From positions 780,078 through 844,077 of the forward strand of contig OY970295.1 of assembly GCA_963716185.1 (NCBI GenBank): a stretch of DNA of 64,000 nt, written 5' to 3'. Positions 13,986-22,600 of the stretch are shown one piece after another (position 1 is the stretch's first letter; every line of letters begins with the position of its first letter). The position numbers and the translations under genes are program-made. A model generated the notes under the pieces. That model searched no databases, had not been told where the DNA came from, and worked only from the letters and a program-made list of their open reading frames with translations. Source of the stretch: Thermodesulfovibrionales bacterium. Lineage in GTDB: Bacteria > Nitrospirota > Thermodesulfovibrionia > Thermodesulfovibrionales > SM23-35.

Positions 13986-16448
13986 TCACTCTATCCTTGC
14001 TTTGATCCTTTCTCTTATTATATATGCCTGGCCGAGGGATATTCCAGCATCATTTGTCGGGACTTTATCATGTATATGGACCTTCAGACCTTTTGACTGA
14101 AGTATGTCCGTGCTCCTTCTCAGCAGATACATATTTTGAAAAACGCCGCCGCACAAGACAACATCTTTTATAGAGTACAGGGACGAAAGTTTCTCTACGA
14201 CCCTGACAGTGGCGGTAACAATGGTATTATGGAATTTTGATGAAATAACACTTTTGTCTTCACCTTTTACCAGGTCTTTTATAATTGCTAAAACGGTGTG
14301 AGAAAATCCGACCTCCATGGTATCTCTGAATTTTATATCGATGGGATAATCTTCGGAGATTCCGGTTGCCGCTGCGGCTTCAAGCGCTATTGCAGCCTCT
14401 CCCTCGAATGTATTCTTATCGCATATGCCGACCATTGCGGATATTCCGTCAAACAGCCTACCCGCGCCTGATGACAACGGCGAAAACTGCTTGTTATCAA
14501 CGATCTTTAATATATCTTTAATCCTGTTATGACCGTGCTTTTCAAAAAAGCCGATAGATTTGAGGTAAGTTATCGCCTCATCTCCGGCTGCATCCCGGAT
14601 ATAACTTACAGCTATCCTCCACGGCTCCCTCACAGCGACCTCTCCACCCGGAAGTGGAATGTATTTAAAATGGCATGCCCTTTTAAACCCTTTTATATCG
14701 GCGATCAAGAATTCCGCGCCCCAGAGATTGCCGTCGACGCCGTAGCCGGTGCCGTCAAAGGAAACCCCTATAACCTTCTCCTTAATGCCCTTCTCAGCCA
14801 TAACAGAGGCAACATGGGCATAGTGGTGCTGAATGCCGATCTTTTTTATGCCGTCCTGCCTCAAAGCCCATTGCGTAGATAAATACATCGGATGAAGATC
14901 ATAAGCAAGGACCTGGGGATTTACCCTGTATACATCTTTGAGGTTCTTCAAACTCTCCTCGAAAAACAGCAGCGTCTCATAGTTTTCCATGTCGCCTATG
15001 TGCTGGCTTGGAATGGCGAAACTCCCTTTTGTGAGAGTAAATACGTTCTTGAGATCAGCACCGCAACCGAGAACCTCGGGACCGTCATCGTGAAGTGGAA
15101 CAGGATCAGGCACATACCCCCTTGAGCGGCGGATGAAGGACAATGATGAGCGACCTTTAGTAACACCCCTTTGTCCCCCGGCGGAAGGCGTACTCCCCTC
15201 ATTATGTAAGGGGGGGCCAGGGGTGGTCATAACTTCGAAATTATTCACCCTCACAACCGAATCGTCTACACGCATAAAGATGTCCCTGTTATGGACAAGA
15301 AATGCGTCGGCAATACCCGAAAGTTTAGAAACAGCTTCTTCGTTGTCGACAACTATCGGCTCTTCGGAAATATTGCCGCTTGTCATCACAAGGGCGTCGA
15401 AATTCGCCCCCACTATCCCCTCCTTGTCAATGGGAGGTGTAAAAGGGGTAGGATAATAAAACAGCAAATAGTGCAAAGGGGTATAAGGGAGCATGAAGCC
15501 GACATAATTATTTTTGGGTGAAATCTCTTCGGGCAGATTATTCTTTAATTTCTTTAACAATACTATTGGTCTTCTGTTGGAGATTAAAATCTTCTCTTCT
15601 TCCTCAGACACCTCACAGAATTTTCTTATCGTTTTAACATCGGGGGCCATAAGGGCAAAAGGTTTATTGCTCCTCCTCTTTTTTAATCTCAGCCTTTTCA
15701 CAGCCTCATCATTTAGAGCGCCGCATGCGATGTGGAAACCACCCAACCCCTTAACAGCTACGATCATTCCTTCTTTCAAAAGCCGGACAGTTTCCCTTAT
15801 CGGATTCTTACTATGCATACGCCTTTTACTAAGGGAGATGCGCCCCTCCTCAATCCCCCCCTTGCTGATGCGGGGACGGGGGGGTATTATCAACTCGACG
15901 TGCGGGCCGCATACCGGGCATGCGATCGGCTGTGCATGAAATCGCCTGTCTTCCGGATTATAGTATTCCTTTTTGCAGTCAGGGCACATATTAAACACAG
16001 ACATTGTGGTATTCGGTCTGTCATAGGGAACCGATCTTGTTATAGTATATCTGGGCCCGCAGTTTGTGCAGTTTATGAACGGGTAAAGGTAACGCCTGTC
16101 TTCTTTATTCAGCATTTCGCTGAGACAATCTTCACATATCGATACATCCGCCGATACCAGGGTAAAACTACCTTCGTCTTCACTTTCTCTTATCCCAAAA
16201 TCTCGATAGCCGTGATATGTCATAGGTATTACGTCAACACTCATGATCTGAGAAAGTGGAGGCGCTTCCTTGTTGAGCCTGTCAATGAAGGCAGAACTGT
16301 TTTCTCCCTCTATCTCGATAGTCACTCCTCTGGAGGAGTTAATGACAAACCCTTTGAGGTTTAATGATCTGGCAAGGTTGTATACAAAAGGTCTGAATCC
16401 GACCCCTTGCACTACGCCTTTAACCGATATCTTGAGCCGTTGGTTCAT
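13986..16448 (-). CDS. hypF: carbamoyltransferase HypF
   Basis: Acylphosphatase-like N-terminus (VKGVVQGVGFRPFVY), four CxxC zinc-finger motifs, a YrdC-like KGLGGFH, and a Kae1-like C-terminal half. Two extra segments; see findings. Confidence 0.95.
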   Translation of the reverse strand: MNQRLKISVKGVVQGVGFRPFVYNLARSLNLKGFVINSSRGVTIEIEGENSSAFIDRLNKEAPPLSQIMSVDVIPMTYHGYRDFGIRESEDEGSFTLVSADVSICEDCLSEMLNKEDRRYLYPFINCTNCGPRYTITRSVPYDRPNTTMSVFNMCPDCKKEYYNPEDRRFHAQPIACPVCGPHVELIIPPRPRISKGGIEEGRISLSKRRMHSKNPIRETVRLLKEGMIVAVKGLGGFHIACGALNDEAVKRLRLKKRRSNKPFALMAPDVKTIRKFCEVSEEEEKILISNRRPIVLLKKLKNNLPEEISPKNNYVGFMLPYTPLHYLLFYYPTPFTPPIDKEGIVGANFDALVMTSGNISEEPIVVDNEEAVSKLSGIADAFLVHNRDIFMRVDDSVVRVNNFEVMTTPGPPLHNEGSTPSAGGQRGVTKGRSSLSFIRRSRGYVPDPVPLHDDGPEVLGCGADLKNVFTLTKGSFAIPSQHIGDMENYETLLFFEESLKNLKDVYRVNPQVLAYDLHPMYLSTQWALRQDGIKKIGIQHHYAHVASVMAEKGIKEKVIGVSFDGTGYGVDGNLWGAEFLIADIKGFKRACHFKYIPLPGGEVAVREPWRIAVSYIRDAAGDEAITYLKSIGFFEKHGHNRIKDILKIVDNKQFSPLSSGAGRLFDGISAMVGICDKNTFEGEAAIALEAAAATGISEDYPIDIKFRDTMEVGFSHTVLAIIKDLVKGEDKSVISSKFHNTIVTATVRVVEKLSSLYSIKDVVLCGGVFQNMYLLRRSTDILQSKGLKVHIHDKVPTNDAGISLGQAYIIRERIKARIE

Positions 16449-16509
16449 CGGCAGGCTTTTGAATACTCTGCATTTGTTAACCGTCTCAGAATAAAAGCAA
16501 CATTAATTA

Positions 16510-16590
16510 TAAAATCCCTCCCAACCTCCCTTTGCCAAAGGGAGGAATAACTCCCATCTTTGGCAAAGAGGGGTGAGGGGAGATTTTCAG
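16510..16590. repeat. double-hairpin intergenic repeat, family 1, copy C
   Basis: CCTCCCTTTGCCAAAGGGAGG and CCCATCTTTGGCAAAGAGGGG hairpins with AAAATCCC / GGGAGATTTT ends. Confidence 0.8.
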
Positions 16591-16723
16591 AATAATATAG
16601 CTCCAATTTTGAGATCCTCATAACGGGTAATTATATAAAAGATCGAGGACCCGAAGGGTCGGGGGTAAGAGAGTTGATAGTTTAAGAGTTTTTATTGAAT
16701 TCTCGAATCCTTGAATCCCTTTT

Positions 16724-17368
16724 TTACTTCACCAGAGACTGAAGCCAGTTTGTCCATTCACTTATTCCTTCACCCGTCTTGCACGAAACCTCGAATATCT
16801 TCAATTGCGGGTTTAGGGACAAGGAATCCTTCTTCATCTTTCCGATATCCGCATTTGTATAAGGCAGGAGATCGATCTTATTAAGAACCAGAGCCGACGA
16901 TTCCTGAAACATCAACGGATATTTCAGGGGTTTGTCATGGCCTTCAGCTATACTGAGAAGCATGACCTTCATGTCCTCGCCGACCTTAAATTCAGCAGGA
17001 CAGACGAGATTTCCCACGTTTTCTATTATAAGCAGGTCAAGATCGTTAAGCGGCAGTTCATACATCACTTCTCTGATCATGTTTGCATCCAGATGGCATG
17101 CGCCTCCGGTATTTATCTGAACAACAGGGATACCGAGTTTTTCGATCCTCTGTGCGTCATCGGTACCCGCAATATCTCCCTCTATCACGCCCATCTTTAT
17201 TTTGCCGTTGATACCCTGAATGGTCTTCTCTATTAGAGATGTCTTACCCGCTCCCGGGCCGCTCATAATATTCATCACATAAACACCGGCCTCATCAAAC
17301 ATCTTCTTATTTTCAGCGGCAAGCCTGTCATTAGCCTCCAAAATATTCGTCACGACCTTGACCTTCAT
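16724..17368 (-). CDS. hypB: hydrogenase nickel incorporation GTPase HypB
   Basis: P-loop GPGAGKTS, ENVGNLVCPA, NKIDL. ATG 17368 is preferred (GGAGG 7 nt upstream) and overlaps the hypA stop (TGATG). Confidence 0.95.
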   Translation of the reverse strand: MKVKVVTNILEANDRLAAENKKMFDEAGVYVMNIMSGPGAGKTSLIEKTIQGINGKIKMGVIEGDIAGTDDAQRIEKLGIPVVQINTGGACHLDANMIREVMYELPLNDLDLLIIENVGNLVCPAEFKVGEDMKVMLLSIAEGHDKPLKYPLMFQESSALVLNKIDLLPYTNADIGKMKKDSLSLNPQLKIFEVSCKTGEGISEWTNWLQSLVK

Positions 17369-17712
17369 CAAAATACCTCCATCTCATCGATATTTAATTC
17401 CCGTCCCGTCTCGATACGAAATGATTTGTTTCCGCACAGAGGACATGACAAAACATAAGCCTCTTCCACAGTAAAATTCTTGCTGCAGCTGTTACAAAAA
17501 CCGCTTACAGGGATTTCGTTTATTGTCAGGACAGCCTTCTCAGCGATGGTCCCTGTTTTAAGCGCCTCAAAGGCAAAAAGCAGGGAATCTGACATGACCC
17601 CGGAAGCCTTGCCTATCTTTACCTTTATTAATTCAATACCTGAAAAACCTTGTTTCTTACAACTATCTATTGCAATCTCGAGTAAACCCTGGGCTATGGA
17701 AACTTCATGCAT
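17368..17712 (-). CDS. hypA: hydrogenase maturation nickel metallochaperone HypA
   Basis: N-terminal MHEVSIA and paired CxxC motifs (CNSC...CPLC). The longer ORF to 17823 overlaps the upstream gene and is Arg-rich, so I reject that extension. Confidence 0.9.
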   Translation of the reverse strand: MHEVSIAQGLLEIAIDSCKKQGFSGIELIKVKIGKASGVMSDSLLFAFEALKTGTIAEKAVLTINEIPVSGFCNSCSKNFTVEEAYVLSCPLCGNKSFRIETGRELNIDEMEVF

Positions 17713-18028
17713 TCTGTTCTTTAGACAACCTCTCTTTCTCTTTTTCGTACGCTTCCTTGCCGGCCTCGATGGCAGTCGATATGATCGACTTCTTTTCCTC
17801 GTAGAATCCCTTGCCCTTGTCAATGCCGCCGGTTATTTTTTCTTTCACATCTTCCACATAACCCTTCGCCTTCTCTTTCACGTCCTCTGTAAGCTCTTTT
17901 ATCTTCTGTCTGGTTTCACGACCTGACTGGGGCGCCAGAAGCAAAGCAAAGCCCGCGCCTACCATGCCGCCGAGTAAAAACGAAAGGAATATACTTCCTG
18001 CGCTATATCCGCATTCTTCTTCTCTCAT
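17705..18028 (-). CDS. YtxH-like protein
   Basis: FLLGGMVGAGFALLLAPQSGRETRQKIKE followed by a Lys/Glu-rich helix, typical of the YtxH family. Confidence 0.75.
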   Translation of the reverse strand: MREEECGYSAGSIFLSFLLGGMVGAGFALLLAPQSGRETRQKIKELTEDVKEKAKGYVEDVKEKITGGIDKGKGFYEEKKSIISTAIEAGKEAYEKEKERLSKEQNA

Positions 18029-18420
18029 TGTCCGCCTCCCTTTCTTGAAAATAAGTTATTCAATAAAACCAAAAGGCCTGTCTTTATCCCGGCCTTTACA
18101 CCTGAAGCCTTTATGTAACCCGAGGATGTAAAATCTTCAACTACGCCGCTCACGCGCTTAATATTCAGCCCCACATCCCTCACTGATCCCGACAGGGTTT
18201 TAATGTCGGATGTAATATCACCGAGGTCATTAGAGACATTTCTCAAACTTTTTAGCGTCTGTTGCAGCTCTTCAAGAGTCGGTTTAAGCGACTCCTCTCT
18301 TGTCTTTAAAAAATCATTTAGGGAGTGGAATGTTCTCTTCATCTCGATAACCAGCGAGACGATAAATCCTGCCGTTATAAGGACGGCAATACCTATCAAT
18401 GTCTGCCATAATTGACTCAT
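18025..18420 (-). CDS. membrane-anchored coiled-coil protein (DUF948-like)
   Basis: A single N-terminal TM helix followed by heptad-like Leu-rich sequence. 4-nt overlap with the ytxH-like gene. Confidence 0.5.
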   Translation of the reverse strand: MSQLWQTLIGIAVLITAGFIVSLVIEMKRTFHSLNDFLKTREESLKPTLEELQQTLKSLRNVSNDLGDITSDIKTLSGSVRDVGLNIKRVSGVVEDFTSSGYIKASGVKAGIKTGLLVLLNNLFSRKGGGQ

Positions 18421-18520
18421 AATGACCTTTAAAATTATTATAACAGATTAAATAGGGAGTTAGAAGCAAAATAACAGCCGTACCGAAATGCAAATGTCTT
18501 TTGTGGTATTTTAATTATCC

Positions 18521-19591
18521 GTGGACGATACGTTTTATATAAAACGTGCGCTCAGGCTTGCGGCAAGGGCACGGGGAATGACAAGCCCGAACCCGATGGT
18601 GGGGGCTGTCATTGTTAAGAACGGACATATCATATCGGAAGATTTTCACAGAAGCCCCGGAACCCCACATGCCGAAGCCCTGGCCATTGAAAAGGCCGGT
18701 GAACAAGCCCGGGGGGCTGAATTATATGTAAATCTCGAACCATGCTGTCATACGGAAAAAAGAACACCCCCATGCACCAAATCTGTCATAAATGCAGGCA
18801 TAAAAAAAGTAATTGTTTCCATGAAAGACCCGAACCCGAGGGTTTCGGGCAAAGGAGTTACGGAGCTTCAAAAGGCGGGGATAGACGTGGTGTCAGGCGT
18901 TCTCGAGGATGAGGCAAAAAGACTTAATGAAACCTACATAAAACATATAACTACAGGGAAACCTTTTGTGACGCTCAAGATAGCCATGACCCTCGATGGC
19001 AAGATCGCAACTCCGGAGGGCCAGTCAAAATGGATTACGGGTGAAAGGGCGAGGAGGCTGGTCCACCGCTTAAGAAGCGGCGTTGACGCAATAATGACCG
19101 CCATAGGAACAGTGAAGGCCGATAATCCGCAGCTCACGGCCCGGACAAAGGGAGGGAAAAATCCGATAAGGATTATTATCGATCCGAATCTCGAGATACC
19201 TCTCGATGCTAGAGTGCTGCGAACCCCACCGGAGACAATTATTGTTACAAAGCTCAACAACTCTAAAGCAAATTATCTTCAAAAATCAGGTTTTAAATTA
19301 ATATTTTTTAAAGATATACTAGATCTTAAGCTTTTGATGAAAAATATCGGAGGAATGGACATTACGTCAGTTCTGATAGAAGGAGGCTCTTCACTAAATG
19401 CCCACGCCCTCGAAGACGGGATTGTTGATAAGATAATGTTCTTTATCGCGCCAATGATCATCGGGGGGAAAGAGTCCTTTCCCGCAGTAGGAGGAAAAAC
19501 CTTTAGAAAGCTCGAAGTGGCCTATAAAATAAAGGATACAAGAGTAAGACGGATTGGAGAGGACTTCCTGATCGAAGGGTATCTCAGATAG
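18521..19591 (+). CDS. ribD: bifunctional riboflavin biosynthesis deaminase/reductase RibD
   Basis: TSPNPMVGAVIV...PHAEALAI...LEPCCHTEKRTPPC deaminase motifs plus a C-terminal reductase domain. GTG start. Confidence 0.9.
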   Translation: MDDTFYIKRALRLAARARGMTSPNPMVGAVIVKNGHIISEDFHRSPGTPHAEALAIEKAGEQARGAELYVNLEPCCHTEKRTPPCTKSVINAGIKKVIVSMKDPNPRVSGKGVTELQKAGIDVVSGVLEDEAKRLNETYIKHITTGKPFVTLKIAMTLDGKIATPEGQSKWITGERARRLVHRLRSGVDAIMTAIGTVKADNPQLTARTKGGKNPIRIIIDPNLEIPLDARVLRTPPETIIVTKLNNSKANYLQKSGFKLIFFKDILDLKLLMKNIGGMDITSVLIEGGSSLNAHALEDGIVDKIMFFIAPMIIGGKESFPAVGGKTFRKLEVAYKIKDTRVRRIGEDFLIEGYLR

Positions 19592-19646
19592 ACCTGTCTG
19601 TCGAGAAAGATTATTCTAAACTTGAAATTCAACTATAATTCTCTAC

Positions 19647-22600
19647 ATGCGATACATGAACAAAAAATTATTTCGGCTAACAAAGGATATTAATACTCAC
19701 CGTTCCGGCTCCTGCGGCATCGGCTTTGTATGCAATATAAAGGGAGCTAAAAACCATCATATAATTGAATACGGGGTTGAAGCCGTTAAGAACCTCACGC
19801 ACAGGGGTGCTGTCGGCGCTGACGGGAAGACCGGAGACGGGGCCGGCGTCCTTTTTCAGATACCGGAAAAGTTTTTCCTGAAAAAGATAGAGCATCTCGG
19901 CTTCAACCTATCACACATCAACAATCTCTCGGTTGGGTTCTTTTTCCTGCATGACGATATAGAAAAAGAGATTGAGAATATCCTGCAGGAGCTTGATCTC
20001 AGAACAATCGGCTGGAGGGATGTTCCGACGAATGACGATGCCCTCGGAATATCGGCACTGACGACAAAACCCCGGGTAAGACAGCTTTTCATCGACACTT
20101 TTAATATTTCCCATGAGAAGAAAGAACAAAGACTTTTTATCGCGAGAAGGGCAATCGAGAAAAAATATGACAATAGAGCATACATTGTTTCCCTGTCATC
20201 AAAGACAATCGCATACAAGGGAATGCTCGTTGCAACGAATCTCGACCGGTTTTATCCCGACCTTGTTGATAAAGATTTGGAATCCGCCTTCTGCATTTTC
20301 CATCAGAGGTTTTCTACGAATACATCTCCTGACTGGACACTGGCGCAGCCTTTCAGGGTACTCGCACATAACGGGGAGATTAATACCATACAGGGAAACA
20401 GAAACTGGATGGTCTCCATCGAGAGTGAAATAGAGGAAGCACTCTCTGATCTGGACGGACAAAAAATAACACCTCTCATATCCTTCGAAGAGAGCGACTC
20501 TGCCTCATTGGACAGGATTCTGGAACTTCTGATTCTTTCGGGGTTCTCGCCCGAGCACGCCATCAACATGTGTGTACCCCCCGCACTGGAATGCTGCGAT
20601 TTTGACGAAACGACGCGGGGCAGAGTCGAGGCCTTTTTCGAATACCAGTCCTTTCTCATGAAACCCTGGGACGGCCCCGCAGCAATCGTGTTTACAGACG
20701 GAGATTCTGTGGGAGCACATCTCGACCGCAACGGGCTCAGGCCGCTCAGATATACGGAAACAGCAGACGGCATGCTTGTCCTGGGCTCTGAAACAGGCAT
20801 GTTAGACCTTGGCGGCAGGCAGATAAAGGAGAAGGGCAGATTGGGTCCGGGCGAGACCATCTCAGTTGATATGAGAAAAGGAAAGTTGAGACTTACTCAC
20901 GATATATTAAAGGAACTCTCCGGGCAGAAGCCTTACAGAGAATGGATAGACAAGTTCCTGTTGAAAATCGATCAGTCGGAAATTAAAGTCCCGGCTTCCC
21001 TATCTGATATCACCAGGAAGCAGATCGCCTTCGGCTACACCGAAGAAGAGATTCAAACCTCTCTGAAAGAAATGGCGTTATCGGGAAAAGAGATGACCTA
21101 TTCAATGGGCGATGATACCCCGCTGCCCCCTTTATCGGAAAAGCCCCAGCTCCTTTTCCGGTACTTCAGGCAGCGTTTTTCTCAGGTAACAAACCCGCCA
21201 ATCGATCACATAAGGGAAAGGATAGTCATGTCTTCGAGAATGAACCTGGGATACAAGATAAATTTCCTGCGGGAAACCCCTGAACATGCCCGACGGTTGC
21301 ATTTGGACTCGCCAATACTGCTCGAAAATCATATTAAAAGCATATCAGAACAAAATATTCTGAAGGTTGATAGAATACCGGTTACGTTCTCAAAAACCGG
21401 CAGCGCGTCACCTGTTTATCATGCGGTCAGAAACCTTCAGAGAAGAGTAATCGATTCGGTCAAGAAGGCCACTGAAATAATAATCCTCTCCGACATTGAT
21501 ATTTCGAAGGACATGATCGCAATACCGAGCCTCCTTGCCGTTTCGGCATCTTTCAAGGCACTGCAGAGAGAAGGGTTGTCGAACAGGGCGAGCCTGATTA
21601 TAGAAACAGGAGAAGCGAGAGACGTGCATCACATTGCGTGTCTTATCGGGTATAACGCGTCTGCTGTCTGTCCTTATCTTGCTCTTCACACATTGAAAGA
21701 ATTGTGCGACAAAAATGAAATTAAGATCCCATATGAACAGGCGGTCATTAATTATAAAAAGACGCTGGAAGAGGGCCTTCTTAAAGTCATAGCAAAAATG
21801 GGCATTTCCACGCTCAATTCTTATTACGGCGCCCAGCTCTTTGATACAATCTGTTTGAACAGAGATTTTATCGAAGAATATTTCAGAGGGACACCTGTTT
21901 CTCTCGAATCGGACGGAATGGCTGAGGTAGAAGAGTCTCTTTTTAAAAGACACGCGTCGGCCTTTGAACCATCCAAGTCCGTACTTGATTATGGAGGTAG
22001 TCTGCGATACAGAAAGGGGGGTGAACATCATGCCTGGTCTCCGCCTTATGTAATCGCGATGAAAACTTTTTTAAAAGATACGGCATACGACAGCTATAAG
22101 AAATTTTCTCATCTGGCAAGCGAGCAGCCTTTTTTCGTGAAGCACCTTCTCGATTATAAAAAAGGCAGCCCCCTTCCCCTCGATGAAGTTGAACCGGCCG
22201 CATATATCCTTAAACGGTTCTTCTCCGGCGCAATGTCAGTCGGCTCTCTGGGGCCCGAGGCCCATGAAACAATAGCAGAGGCTTGCAATAGACTGGGGAT
22301 CAGGAGCAACAGCGGCGAAGGCGGGGAAGACCCCGTAAGGTACTGGACTGTAAAAAATAGCGCTATAAAGCAAGTAGCATCGGGAAGGTTCGGTGTCACG
22401 CCTACATATTTGGCATCGGCAAATGAGCTGGAGATAAAGATCGCCCAGGGCGCCAAACCCGGAGAAGGCGGACATCTTCCGGCAATCAAAGTTACAGATT
22501 ATATCGCCGGCCTGAGACACTGTAAACCCGGTATTCTTCTCATATCACCTCCGCCCCATCACGATATATATTCCATAGAAGACCTTGCACAATTAATACA

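Noticed and set aside
9296-16590. Whether the recurring hairpin repeats form a CRISPR array.
   Set aside because: The copies are kilobases apart and separated by genes. They occur in both orientations, have variable internal structure, and show no regular repeat-spacer periodicity. No cas genes are present.
17713-17823. An Arg/Lys-rich 37-aa N-terminal extension of the hypA ORF.
   Set aside because: HypA proteins begin MHE.... The extension overlaps the YtxH-like gene in another frame and is its antisense-composition artefact.
18421-18520. An FMN riboswitch upstream of ribD.
   Set aside because: Only about 100 nt are available, they are AT-rich, and the conserved FMN-element helices and core sequence are absent.
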